A stretch of DNA of 62,792 nt, the filler included, from Asterionella formosa (Eukaryota), in the NCBI GenBank assembly GCA_002256025.1. It is 5 parts of 5 records of this genome, joined end to end, with 100 filler letters (N's around TTAATTAATTAA, not from the genome) between each part and the next. Parts side by side here need not be neighbours in the genome. Positions count along the whole stretch, not along the records: positions 41,505 to 61,454 come from NKIB01003485.1; 4 more parts are not named here. One strand, 5' to 3'. Positions 47,733-59,450 of the stretch are shown here, in pieces. The notes under the pieces were generated by a model. That model did not search any database, had not been told where the DNA came from, and saw only the letters and a list, made by a program, of their open reading frames with translations. A program made the translations under genes and the position numbers. The number at the start of each line of letters is the position of its first letter. The first letter of the stretch is position 1.

Positions 47733-49801
47733 ACTCTGATTCTGAAACTCTTCTGACTGCCTTATGCCTATCCCCATTCCCCTTCCAATTGCTCCGATTT
47801 TGAATTTGCATGCGCTATTCTATTGTTTTATCCATTTTGATTTCCTAAACATACTAACAAGCCGAAGGAATTACTTGTCATTAGCCATGGTTTGTTGATT
47901 TAACCCCATCATTGCAGTTCCATTTTATTATGCTTCACTTACCAGAAATCGATGAACTTTTCGCATAATTCTGTGAAATAATGTGTCAGTCGAATATCGC
48001 ATAAGTACACATCAATAAATCGTTCCACCAATGTCTTGTATGACTTACAACAAAATTGTTTGATTACAATTATCCTGAAATGCTATAAAAAAACACGCAA
48101 TTTAACAATTGAACATTGATCCAGCAAGAACACTTGCCAATTTTTTTTGTCAACCTTGGTGGTTTCCCTCCAAATACAAAGCGAGCTGTTGAATCACTAG
48201 GGATCGAAGCAATCATTTAGTCTTTGTGAACCCTACAATTGATCATCCTGGCATTTCCCCATGATGTTGTAGCATAGATAGATTTCCTTCAATTTTCTAT
48301 TTTCAATCCTTCTCTAAGCCGCTAGGTGTCATATCATTGTGTTGCATCATCAGTTCAGTTTTCCTTTTGATGTGGCTGCTGATGTGATCTTTCATTCCAG
48401 GTTGTGTACCGGTATGGCTGCATGACAAGGAACCGTTAAACATGATTTCAAATGTATTATCANNNNNNNNNNNNNNNNNNNNNNNNNNNNNNNNNNNNNN
48501 NNNNNNNNNNNNNNNNNNNNNNNNNNNNNNNNNNNNNNNNNNNNNNNNNNNNNNNNNNNNNNNNNNNNNNNNNNNNNNNNNNNNNNNNNNNNNNNNNNNN
48601 NNNNNNNNNNNNNNNNNNNNNNNNNNNNNNNNNNNNNNNNNNNNNNNNNNNNNNNNNNNNNNNNNNNNNNNNNNNNNNNNNNNNNNNNNNNNNNNNNNNN
48701 NNNNNNNNNNNNNNNNNNNNNNNNNNNNNNNNNNNNNNNNNNNNNNNNNNNNNNNNNNNNNNNNNNNNNNNNNNNNNNNNNNNNNNNNNNNNNNNNNNNN
48801 NNNNNNNNNNNNNNNNNNNNNNNNNNNNNNNNNNNNNNNNNNNNNNNNNNNNNNNNNNNNNNNNNNNNNNNNNNNNNNNNNNNNNNNNNNNNNNNNNNNN
48901 NNNNNNNNNNNNNNNNNNNNNNNNNNNNNNNNNNNNNNNNNNNNNNNNNNNNNNNNNNNNNNNNNNNNNNNNNNNNNNNNNNNNNNNNNNNNNNNNNNNN
49001 NNNNNNNNNNNNNNNNNNNNNNNNNNNNNNNNNNNNNNNNNNNNNNNNNNNNNNNNNNNNNNNNNNNNNNNNNNNNNNNNNNNNNNNNNNNNNNNNNNNN
49101 NNNNNNNNNNNNNNNNNNNNNNNNNNNNNNNNNNNNNNNNNNNNNNNNNNNNNNNNNNNNNNNNNNNNNNNNNNNNNNNNNNNNNNNNNNNNNNNNNNNN
49201 NNNNNNNNNNNNNNNNNNNNNNNNNNNNNNATGAAGGCTTGAGCAACAGTGTAATCGGAGAAACATTCTAGTCCTTGGTGTCGATTTTTTGCTGGATCAC
49301 CGACAGTCTATGATGCAAAGGTCAGTGGCACCATTCCTCCATCATTGCATCAATTCTTGGTGGAATGATCACATAGAGTTTACAAAGACAAATGATGATG
49401 AAACATGATAATGACATAACAATCACGTCATTAAGACTTGAGGAACAACAATACAATCATTTAAATTGTCGTCATTGTTTGAGTGTTGAAGGCGGAGCTG
49501 CAAGTAGTGGAGCAAGTGCTGATGATCACAAATAAACCAAATTTTGACTTCTTTGCTTCAACTCTTGGCAGCATTCCCCTCATTTCGTTATGGTCGATTG
49601 GCATGATGAAAACAATATTAATTTAACTAAGAAAACACAAGACTGATTAGGATTCTTTTTACAATGACTTTCAATTGCCCATTTTATCAACAAACGTTTG
49701 AAGCACAAAAGGTTTCATGTGACAACGAAGGTTGCATGTGCTATCGTCATTGCTACGGGTAGTCGGAGTATGATGTGCATACAGTGCCGGTACTGTACCT
49801 G

Positions 49802-49889
49802 CAAGTTGCGGTAATTTTGCTGAAACTAAAGATTTAGCTTTCTTTATCCCAGATTAAGATGTTCGTTCAAGCAAAATGACCGCAACTTG
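49802..49889 (+). mobile_element. 88-bp MITE family, copy 6 (best preserved, perfect CTG target duplication)
   Basis: tgtacCTG|CAAGTTGCGGTAATTTTGCT...AGCAAAATGACCGCAACTTG|CTGgtacca. The TIRs match 19/20. Confidence 0.9.
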
Positions 49890-50026
49890 CTGGTACCAGG
49901 GTTACCACGTAAGAAAACTGAATAATTGGTTGTGGGTTTGTTTGTGTTCATCTAAAATTCATCAAACTAATTAAAGTGATCATCAGCAACGCAGCAACGC
50001 AGCACGACACCACTGCTGCAATCATC

Positions 50027-53000
50027 ATGTGGGACACTCCGCAGTCAGTCGAAGAAGCGGGAGCGCTGGTCGGAGCTGCCATTACTAAATGCAATGTCAC
50101 GAACGTCGCAATGATCGCGCCGCCAAAGGGAATGCATTCGTCCTTTGCCATTTCAGAATCCCTTCCATCGTCGGAGCTATTCACTCGTCTGTATCAGCTC
50201 CGGCGGTGGCTGTGGGAGGCCAACACGCCACTGGCTGTGGCGCCATCACTGCTGGCTGTGCTGATGAAACTCTTGGGGGCGAGCTCCGCGCTCGCAGCGC
50301 AGTTTCAGCACGAGGGTCTGATTCCACCGCTCTGGAGCACTCCCATTAGAACGCTGTGGGTAGACTGCGTCGTGGCCTGTCATGCGCGCTCCTCGGCCTC
50401 CTCAGCTCCCTCGAGGACTCTGCTAGCGCTGGTAAGCTTGCATCCAAAGTCCGTCAAGGCCGGCGGTGGGACGCGATTGGCCGCGCTCCTGGTTCTGAAA
50501 GGGCTCTGGTCCTCAAAACCCGCTTCCATCAGAGACGCCACTCCCTATGATGTGCTTCTAGTATGCCAGCGGGCTTTGAAGTCGTCTGGCCACGGAGCTC
50601 CGACATTCCGCATGGCAGCGGTACAGACGGCATGTGCTGTCATGACCGCGTGTCGACATCAACAGCTTCAGCGAACATTGCAATACCAACAACAGCAGCG
50701 ACATCCCATGCTGCTTGTCGGCGCGATGGAAGACGTAGCGCTCGTGGAAGCTGTGGCTTTGATTAAACTGGCATCTGCCGACAAGTATCCCGAAGTACGG
50801 CGTTTGGCAGGAACTTGTTGTTCCATCCTGGCACCCATGTTGCTGTTGACCGCAACCAATTCGAACATGAACAGCAGCAGCAAATCACCGGATTCACTAA
50901 TCGACGAAGTCTTGACTTTTGCTTACAAATATATTGACGATGAACAGACAGGGGTGGCGATCGAATGGGCCGAAGCTGTGGCACGAATTATCACCACGAT
51001 GATTGTGTATCAAGAACAACTGAAAGTCTCGCAATCGACACGAAAACGAGATGAAGAACAAGCTACGACGGACGACGAAGCCATGCGATTTTCTCGGTTA
51101 AATAGTAACAAAGCTGTCACCTGGGCGAGCATATGCAACTCATTGCGGTCGGCCGTCCAATATTTAGTTGAGGGATTTGTCAAGGTGGGAGGAGAATTGC
51201 AAGCGGCAAGATTGCAAAGTCCGCACAGCGCTGGTGGACGAGCCGTACGGATAGGAATATCTCTGACCTTGGTCAAGTTACTCAACTTTCATTCCATTTC
51301 CAATGAAGACCTAATTGCTGATATTATCACGATTACATTACAGATGGTTGGGAACGACAAGCAATTTATGGAAACAGTCCTCGCCGAAGGATTGGATATC
51401 ACCTCTGTGGAGAATGCAGAAAAAATGACTACCTTGTTCTCAACCACAAAGAAATCTCATGCCGATGCAGGATTGGCTCGATTGGCCACAAATAGGGTCT
51501 TGCGCGAAGGATTGATGGCCTCCGAAACAATACAAGGAACCGTTCTGCAACGCTTGATTCTATGTGTAGCATCCTCCGTGGATGCCGAGAAGCAAGGACA
51601 ACTCAATGCACATCAACTTCAAGTCTGTGTTATTGAAATTTCACATTTACTTACCACATTGGGTGAAGCTGCTGGATCTTCTGTAGTAGAATTGATTCCG
51701 ATATTGAAACAGCTCTTGCAACACCCCGATCAAGGGGTTCGGTATGAAACAGCCATCTGCTGCGTTGCCTTGGCCACATCCTTTCCGATGCATGGTCGAA
51801 AACTTTTTAGAGATACTATCAATGATGTACAAGTTCAACACGCGGAATTAGTCACATTGGCTAGCTTAGAAGAACCATCATCACGTGAACTGTCTCCCAA
51901 GAGGAATACTCGCTTCCGGCGCAAGGAAGACAAGAAGGAAAATAATTCATTGGTATATCAATATGCCATTCATGGACAAGCGTTGGTCATTGCTGTATTA
52001 CTCCGGGAACTGCCACGGCTACCCGGAGGAATACCTCAAGAATTTATGGCGATGGCAATGTCTGTGGCGGAGATTCTGGTATGCACGCAAGCGTTGGACC
52101 ATTTGACAAGGAAGAATCCAGGTGGGGTGTGTACCTGTGTGCGGGCCGGATATGGGATTCTGTGTGGGGGATTGACGGTGGGAGCAAAGTACATTACTCC
52201 TCATATTGCTCTCATTTACGGTCTTTGGCAACGAGCAGAAATCGCCGTTCGAGACGGCAATAGACACTTTACAGCAGACCAAGACTTGATTTGTTTTGAT
52301 GCTTCGCTTTCGTCTATAGTGGCCTTTTTGGAGCATTGTTCCGAATTACTATTGGCAGTACCGGATGCCTTGTCGCGAACAACGATGCTATTGGAGCAAA
52401 TGCTGCCTCTGTTTTTACCATCCGGTCGGCTTGAAACTCCCCCAGTGAGTTTCGCAGCAAAATCAAGACACGAGAGTGCCAAGGCTTCCATCATGGAGGC
52501 CTTTGCGTGGTTGCCTCCAGGATCATATCCCATGATCGCCAACGAAGTGTTTTCATTTGCGTTGACCCATATTCAGACTGGCACAGAATCAGAAGTAATT
52601 TGCTCGATTCTTCCTACACTTGTCAATAATGAAGACAAGATTCTAGATGCCAAATCTTTGAGTCGGGCACAACGGTATTGGCAAATCAGTGGTGCTCGCG
52701 AGCTAGAAGACAATTTGATCTCCTTGAACTCGGAAGCAGTGCATCATGGAGAACGCGAATCTGTCCTTTTCTTCCAAGCAAGTCCTTTGCGTTACGATGC
52801 AAATATGGATCACCACGATTTATGGGGTAGCAAAATTCTTGGGTTGATGGCCCATGACGGCAAAGAGCACACTCTGCCGACTAAACTTCACGAGGTTGGT
52901 ACATGGCGAAGGCCTATTTCTCCATCATGCTCATCCAAAGTAAGATTACTGGATTCCGCTGTGCAAGCATTTTCGGCTACTTTTGGACTCAAGGACGGAA

Positions 53001-56000
53001 AGGAACAACAAAGTGCCATGTTGCTGTTAGAATCGTTAGTCCCTCCCATCCTAGCTCAACTTGCTCGTGCCATTGGTGTCAATACTGCTTTGACAGAACA
53101 GGATCGAAGGACTAAGATGAAAGAAGACAATGCGGCAATCGCCAACATTACAGCTGTTCTGCTCTCTTGTTTGAAAGCCTTGCCACTTCACGAAGCAACC
53201 CATGATATTCCTATCGGTCTTGGACCACCTTGGATGAACAAGGCTAAGGATTTACTTTTGACCCTACTGCCTTCTACATCTAATATTGTTCGGCGAGCGG
53301 CATCAGAGGGATTGGCCCTGTTGGCAACACTCGGGGTGACGGAGGATGCTCACACTCTTCAGAGTTCTGTTCTGCATTCGTTGGATGAAGTCATGCAAGG
53401 GAATAAGCCGGACGGAAAACCGCGTGCCATTCCTCTTGAACCTGTCTCAGCAGCTCGTGCCGGGTCGCTGCTGACACTTGCCTGTATCCAGCGCACTGCA
53501 TTCAACATAAGAGGAATTCATCGATCCCGTCGAGGAAGCTCGAATCAATTGGAAAGACAAGAAGCTGACAGTGACGCCTTACCTACCATTCAAATGATGA
53601 CCCGTATTCTCCCTTCAGTGGCCTGCCGGGGAGCAGTTCGGGACGCTTTTGTGGTCCGGATATATGCCATGCATTCGTTCACATTATTGATTGCGTACTC
53701 TACAACCTTGACGCGTTCGGATCCCAGGGACGAAGACATGCAACTACTCAAGAAGGGGGTTGAGATGGTCGAAGACAACTTTCTTTCTTGCTGGACCGCC
53801 GTTTCTACTGACACAGATCAGGGTCAGGAACCAAGCAACTTGGCCGTTGAGCCTTCCTTTCTTGCGGTCCTCCTGCGAACGATGTCGTTCCTGACGCCGC
53901 ACTTGGGCTTGCTAACTGAGACTGATGCTGGCATTGCTGTTAGATTTTCGCGAATGGCAGTAATGATAGTCAACGATCACGGATCTCATCCAGCGGTCCT
54001 CACTGAATGCCTGGCCTTCTTTGAAATGCTATCAGAAAACCATGTACTCTTGGCACCTTCCTCTGTTAAATTTACTTCACCATCACATCCCTTTTCCTAC
54101 TGTGTCCCATACGTTTTGGCTTGCCTGAAACCAAATCTTCCTCAAGTGCATGCCATTGAATCTTCAGGTAGTCAATTCGGGACTATTTCATCCCCGCAAA
54201 TATTAAGGGCTGGTGTGTTGTGTGCCAAGCTTCTAGCCACAAGTCAAGCTCTAGATGTATGGGATACCAAGTTGCCATCAACACTTTTTGCCTTCCTTGA
54301 ATCAGTTACCGGGTCGAGAACATGCATGGCAGAGACCTACTTCAGGCCCCTTGCAGTTTCACGGGATGCTGACATTGGGCGCTCATTTCAAGCAACCCTC
54401 GAAGCCGAAATCTGCGCTGCTTTGGATGTGATGCTTGCTTCATGTGTAGAAGATGGCGAAACAGGTTGTCGGACGCTCGTGCGTTGGGTCTTGATGTCAA
54501 GGCAGCTTGTCACAGGAGCGCCTGAACTCGAGGATGGTGGCGGAGAGCTAGGTGGTGATGCTTTGTTTTCCAAAGCAGGCTCGGCACATCTCGCTGCTTC
54601 GACCGCCCGTGGGGATGCTGCGCCCGTGTTTGATGTGTCATATCCGTGTCGGTGGCAGGTTAGATGTCAAGCTGGAAGATGCACAACTATTGCGCTTCAA
54701 GAGTTGGTTTTGAACCCCTGCAGTACAAGCCAATATGAAATAAGTTTGGCTGTCAAAGACTTGAATAGCCATCAAACCTCGGATGCAAAGCCTCCGGCTT
54801 TTCTCGTTTTTCATCTTGCCGACCTCTTATCAGCTGCCTCAACAGCAGTGGTGGCAACCGTTGACCAGTCTGAGCTTAGACAACTCCAAGAAGGAGGAGT
54901 TCGTATTCTGAATGAGATTGTTTCAAGTTTCGGCAACATTCTTGATCCAGTTGATCCTGGAGTTAGTATTCTTGAGCAATACTCCTCGCAAGTGCTTTCA
55001 GCCACCAAACATGCAGTCACCGCTGCTGACGGTAATCCCGCCGATATCTCGTACTCAATGCTAATTGCTGGATGCGATGCCTTGGTAATGATTTTGAAGA
55101 AAGGGTTAATTTCAGATCCGATGGTGTTCAAGCGTATGGTCCGTCCTGTCATTCCTTCTGCTGACGACTTACAATTCACCAAATACGGTTCAGTAGAGAT
55201 GGTGATAGCATTTCGACCCAAGTGCACCGATGTATTCCTTGACCAACGTTCACTTCTATTGCCTCGAATCACAAAGCTGTCGTGTATTGCACGTATCCGC
55301 AGTATGATCGATGACGGGAGCCTTTCACACGTCGTGGCTGCGTTCCTTGAAGATGAAACAAAATCTTTGGAGTTTGAGATAGGGGTTCATTCTGCTGCAG
55401 TTGCCATTGATGGTGTCAGACTGCTACACCTAGAGAACCTTAGCCTGTGTGGAAGTGGTCATTTATTGCCTGTTGACGAAGCCCAAACAGATGAACATGT
55501 TGAAATTGTGAATTCTGGTTTGCTATTTGCAAATATGTATGATATTGACAACGCAACAAAGGCAGCGCTCTCGTCGTGGTCAGCATGTGCCTTTCAGGCC
55601 GCGTTATTGCTGTCACAACACGCTACTTCATCTGAGACAGAAAAGCAAGTTACCAGCAAGAAATGGATTAACAAATTGCTCCCAATACTTTACGTAGGCT
55701 TCAAAGACTCCTCTCAATTCATTTGTCAATCAGTTATGTCCCATGTAGCTTGGTCAAATGGGTTGAATCCTGAAGAAACAATGAAATTCTGCCTCCATGG
55801 TATGCGATCTTTGTTGAATTCAGATTTCATTTCGCAAGATGAACTACCATTCATTATCAGCACACTATCAGATACTGTATTTTTACCTACAATTGGTCTC
55901 GGCAGGGACAGAAAGTCTGTTGCAGTCAGCGATGCTCTAGTTTTGGAGGCTTGTCAGTTCATTCAAGCCGTTGCTGCTTCCATGATTAATGATTCTGTTC

Positions 56001-56959
56001 ATGTTGCATTACTTGTTGTCCTGCTCATGCCATTGGATGCGGTGCAACAAGGCACCATCAATTTTGAAATAAAGCACACTCCTTTAGTGGTCGAAAGCGC
56101 CATGAAGGCTATTGAACTCATGGTCAAGAAATCTGCAACTCAAGACTCTCTGGTCAATGCCATGCTACTGTTGTCTCTTGATGTACTTTCCCAGGCTACA
56201 AATCCTGAGGGCGTTCGCCATGCAGCTAGAGCTCTTTTAGCGACTTGTTTCCAGACAGACGCTATCACTCTGGCCAAGCAGCGAACACTTGCTTGCGACA
56301 TGGCCAAACAGGCAAAGTGGGACGCATGGTGCGCTATCTGTATACGGTCCGACGCAGCCTTGACCAAGAGTATTGAAATTGTAGCAGAAGCACTTGATGA
56401 TGTGCTAAATGTGACCAGGAATGTAGGGGCAATAGCTGCTCTTCGAAGCATTATTCTCGCCGCAACAATCCAAAGCGCTACTGTTAGTATTGTAATGCAG
56501 GGCGCTGGAGCCCAAGTCATTGGTATCTTCATTGCCTACGGAACTCTCAGCGTGCCAATGAAAGAAGCTCTGACCCATCGACTATCGATTTGTGCTGACT
56601 CTTTGAAAATTCTAATGGTGTCCTACAACAAACTCTCGTCAGCCGATGAAAGTCTGTTGATTGCCTTTGTCACTGTTGTGTTTGAATGTTGGGTTGCAAT
56701 TATTCAGTACAACGGTCTTCCCAACCAGGTCTCGCCCCACCCAGGAGCAGACAGTGCGCTGGGTAAAATCGCTGCGCAAGCAATTATGCACGTCGCACGT
56801 ACAACACCCACAGCCTTCAAGGCAAGCATGGGTACCCTCTCAGATCATGCCCGGGCTGTTTTGGAGTTTGCGGTTCGATCAGATATGAGTGGATATGTCA
56901 ACATAAATTCGCAAACGGCAGTCAAGAAGAAGCTGGACCTCAGATCTTTCCAAAAATAA
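50027..56959 (+). CDS. HEATR5: HEAT repeat-containing protein 5 / Laa1 / SWEETIE-like AP-1 accessory protein
   Basis: Single ~2310-aa helical ORF. Motifs include LQ..LKS, R..R.G....Y/LV, E...L...LGEA, L.HP...VR...A.C, ..LP.GIP, RL.DSAV..F, RRAA.EGL..L, RWQ.R, FLV.HLADL...A and ILEQY.SQV..A, ending KKKLDLRSF. Confidence 0.8.
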   Translation: MWDTPQSVEEAGALVGAAITKCNVTNVAMIAPPKGMHSSFAISESLPSSELFTRLYQLRRWLWEANTPLAVAPSLLAVLMKLLGASSALAAQFQHEGLIPPLWSTPIRTLWVDCVVACHARSSASSAPSRTLLALVSLHPKSVKAGGGTRLAALLVLKGLWSSKPASIRDATPYDVLLVCQRALKSSGHGAPTFRMAAVQTACAVMTACRHQQLQRTLQYQQQQRHPMLLVGAMEDVALVEAVALIKLASADKYPEVRRLAGTCCSILAPMLLLTATNSNMNSSSKSPDSLIDEVLTFAYKYIDDEQTGVAIEWAEAVARIITTMIVYQEQLKVSQSTRKRDEEQATTDDEAMRFSRLNSNKAVTWASICNSLRSAVQYLVEGFVKVGGELQAARLQSPHSAGGRAVRIGISLTLVKLLNFHSISNEDLIADIITITLQMVGNDKQFMETVLAEGLDITSVENAEKMTTLFSTTKKSHADAGLARLATNRVLREGLMASETIQGTVLQRLILCVASSVDAEKQGQLNAHQLQVCVIEISHLLTTLGEAAGSSVVELIPILKQLLQHPDQGVRYETAICCVALATSFPMHGRKLFRDTINDVQVQHAELVTLASLEEPSSRELSPKRNTRFRRKEDKKENNSLVYQYAIHGQALVIAVLLRELPRLPGGIPQEFMAMAMSVAEILVCTQALDHLTRKNPGGVCTCVRAGYGILCGGLTVGAKYITPHIALIYGLWQRAEIAVRDGNRHFTADQDLICFDASLSSIVAFLEHCSELLLAVPDALSRTTMLLEQMLPLFLPSGRLETPPVSFAAKSRHESAKASIMEAFAWLPPGSYPMIANEVFSFALTHIQTGTESEVICSILPTLVNNEDKILDAKSLSRAQRYWQISGARELEDNLISLNSEAVHHGERESVLFFQASPLRYDANMDHHDLWGSKILGLMAHDGKEHTLPTKLHEVGTWRRPISPSCSSKVRLLDSAVQAFSATFGLKDGKEQQSAMLLLESLVPPILAQLARAIGVNTALTEQDRRTKMKEDNAAIANITAVLLSCLKALPLHEATHDIPIGLGPPWMNKAKDLLLTLLPSTSNIVRRAASEGLALLATLGVTEDAHTLQSSVLHSLDEVMQGNKPDGKPRAIPLEPVSAARAGSLLTLACIQRTAFNIRGIHRSRRGSSNQLERQEADSDALPTIQMMTRILPSVACRGAVRDAFVVRIYAMHSFTLLIAYSTTLTRSDPRDEDMQLLKKGVEMVEDNFLSCWTAVSTDTDQGQEPSNLAVEPSFLAVLLRTMSFLTPHLGLLTETDAGIAVRFSRMAVMIVNDHGSHPAVLTECLAFFEMLSENHVLLAPSSVKFTSPSHPFSYCVPYVLACLKPNLPQVHAIESSGSQFGTISSPQILRAGVLCAKLLATSQALDVWDTKLPSTLFAFLESVTGSRTCMAETYFRPLAVSRDADIGRSFQATLEAEICAALDVMLASCVEDGETGCRTLVRWVLMSRQLVTGAPELEDGGGELGGDALFSKAGSAHLAASTARGDAAPVFDVSYPCRWQVRCQAGRCTTIALQELVLNPCSTSQYEISLAVKDLNSHQTSDAKPPAFLVFHLADLLSAASTAVVATVDQSELRQLQEGGVRILNEIVSSFGNILDPVDPGVSILEQYSSQVLSATKHAVTAADGNPADISYSMLIAGCDALVMILKKGLISDPMVFKRMVRPVIPSADDLQFTKYGSVEMVIAFRPKCTDVFLDQRSLLLPRITKLSCIARIRSMIDDGSLSHVVAAFLEDETKSLEFEIGVHSAAVAIDGVRLLHLENLSLCGSGHLLPVDEAQTDEHVEIVNSGLLFANMYDIDNATKAALSSWSACAFQAALLLSQHATSSETEKQVTSKKWINKLLPILYVGFKDSSQFICQSVMSHVAWSNGLNPEETMKFCLHGMRSLLNSDFISQDELPFIISTLSDTVFLPTIGLGRDRKSVAVSDALVLEACQFIQAVAASMINDSVHVALLVVLLMPLDAVQQGTINFEIKHTPLVVESAMKAIELMVKKSATQDSLVNAMLLLSLDVLSQATNPEGVRHAARALLATCFQTDAITLAKQRTLACDMAKQAKWDAWCAICIRSDAALTKSIEIVAEALDDVLNVTRNVGAIAALRSIILAATIQSATVSIVMQGAGAQVIGIFIAYGTLSVPMKEALTHRLSICADSLKILMVSYNKLSSADESLLIAFVTVVFECWVAIIQYNGLPNQVSPHPGADSALGKIAAQAIMHVARTTPTAFKASMGTLSDHARAVLEFAVRSDMSGYVNINSQTAVKKKLDLRSFQK

Positions 56960-57251
56960 GTATACTATCAACATTGAACTTAACGGATGAGCGGGCAACT
57001 AGTGTGACCTTCTCGGCTTATAAAGTTTTGGAGCTTGTGGCAAAATACATACTTGTATCATGCTGGACTATAATCACCGGTAGTGTTTTTAGTAGCCAGT
57101 TCACAACTTTCTACATAGTAACATATAACCGGTGGTCTATATCTGTTTTCAATATATGTATCAGTTGTGTTCTCCATCGCTAATTACAGGGACCAGCAAT
57201 GAAGCAACATGAGAATGTTTGTACAAATTGTCACAAGGAGCAATTTGGAAT

Positions 57252-59450
57252 CTAAATCCAAAGCGACGCTTCGCTTTGCAGTTTTTCTGTAATATTCTTT
57301 GTAATCTCCTGGACATACAAAGTTGCTGGATGATTCAGATCTAAGTTTGACTTCTGCCACTCATGTACCCGTGAAAAGAATGCCAAGGCTTCTTTGTCAT
57401 TGTGTTGACCAAGATACATTTGACCCATGATTCCAAGTGTTTCGGCCACTTGCTTGTTACATTGGCCATATTTTTCTTCCTGAATTCGAAGAATGCGCTT
57501 ATATATTTGAAGTGCCTTTTTGGTTTTTCCTTCCTTGGCCTTTGCGTGAGCAAGATTTGAGAGCGAAAGCAGCACTATATCATGGTCCTTTCGGAAGGCA
57601 GTCGATTGTAACTGAATGAAATCAAATAGGATTATCGTAAGTTGTGAGAATCAACATTTCTCATGCACAGGAAAAACAAATCCCAGCACAAGTAACTCTT
57701 ACCAAAAAGGCTTCTTCATACACATAAAACGCAGTCCCGTAGTCATGTTTTTCCAAATAGCACTTCCCCATATTGCCCAATGTGATAGTAGCATCATATA
57801 CAATCGACTCCCGTCGGACAGGCCCATCCAACCACTGACGCTGAATTTCCAATGCAGATGTAAAGTGCTTAAGGGCATTTACCAAATCTTGCAATTGATA
57901 ATATACAACACCCAAATTGTTGAGGATCTTTGCTCTGGTCATGCTTTCCTTTGGATGCATGATAAGGGCACGCTCCAAGGCACCAATAGCATCGGACAAT
58001 CGACCCAACGCAAAGGCTGCAAGACTGTATCGTAAGAATGAAACTGCGACGTCGGGATGATTGAGTGGCAAATTTTCTGTCCGGAACCTCACAGCTTTTT
58101 CCAGTGACTCCAAGGCATCAGAATACTTGCATTGCCACATTTGGATGATTCCAATATTGTGCCAGCAACTTCCAAGCAAAATGAGCTTGTTCCCATCACC
58201 CTCTAGACCATGGAGAATCTTGAACATAACTTCCAGAGCCCTTTCGTAATCTCCTTTCTGAACACATTGCACTTGGGTTAGGTATTGACAAATCAAGAAT
58301 ACTGTGCAACACATAACAATCACAAACTCACTCGAAGCGGAACACTTGCAATATCATGGACTGACTGTAGATGGTGTGGTGTTTCAATAATAAAGGTATC
58401 TTCATCAATATCAATTGGAACAGAGCATGCTGCTGCCAGCTCCATGAAATCATCTTCTGTTCCATTGTCTGATGCTGTCCGCCGTGATTGCATTTGCGCC
58501 TTATTACAACTTGCTCCCCACATGGAGTCCAGCAACAAGTGAATTGGCAATGATCCATCATCACATGTAATGACACTGGATCCGCAGTCATCATCAGTCG
58601 ACGCTACGGATGGGATGGGCGATGTGTGTCCATCCACTACCCTAGATCTTGGTAAAAGCACAGAGTCCATTACAACTGTCCACCGTTCCCGTGGCAAATA
58701 TCCTTCCAGCACCATTTCTGCCGGAACTTTCCCAGAGGAGGTCCAAAGGACGTCTTGCACCATACGTTCAGGAGTAAGCTTGGGATGAAAGGAATCCAAC
58801 AATACATTCCTGAATGTAGTTCTTGTGGCATGTGAACTCAAATTAGCAGGACCCAGGGACAAAACATCCATGCCATCCAGTCGACCTAAAATGGCAGCAT
58901 CTAATTGAAGATTTTTACTTCTTGCATTGTTCTTTGTTAGTGATGGATTCATCAAAACTAGCTCTGACTCTTCTTTTTTGACACCCATGAATCGCTTCAA
59001 TTTTTTCCATTTTGTGTTTGTGTTTTTGATCTTGGCTTGCATCAAGGTCTTCTGCCGATTTGAGACCTTGACAGTGTTGGCAGTATCATTGCTGGCAACG
59101 GTCATATTGGCGACAGATCCGGTCAGTGATTGAATGGCCAAATCAGAAGAAACGCTTGCGCTGGCATAATTGCTGTTTTTGGACTCCTTTGGGTTAATCA
59201 TATTGTGTTTGTGAAAGAGACGAAAGTGCTTGTTGGTGGCACTCTGAGTGGACGGGTTGCTTTGGTTGCTCATGGTTCGTTCTCGATTGTTATGCGATTG
59301 ATGGCTGCCTGGATGGGTCATGATTCGTGCACGGTTGCCATGACTCGCTGTGGTTCGGAGATGGTCCGCATCTGTCACTTCAATAGCCGAATGGTGGCCT
59401 TCTTCTGACATGGTGAGAGATTCAGAGCTAATAGTGTGGAGTAATGACAT
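57252..59450 (-). CDS. TPR protein (kinesin-light-chain/NPHP3-type 42-aa repeats) with a long low-complexity N-terminus; exons 59450-58332, 58257-57703, 57611-57252
   Basis: In-frame GT-AG joins (VPLR/KGDYERAL and EAFL/LQSTAF). Repeats include WHNIG..Q..Y.DAL, HPDVA, LNNLGVVYY..AL..F..ALEIQ, TLGNMG and SLSNLA. Confidence 0.82.

Noticed and set aside
46456..49266. Long ORFs listed across N gaps (also 42931-43668, 59481-60353)
   Set aside because: They consist almost entirely of X residues.
49320..49355. VSGTIPPSL LRR-like fragment
   Set aside because: It is too short, sits next to a gap and has no open frame around it.
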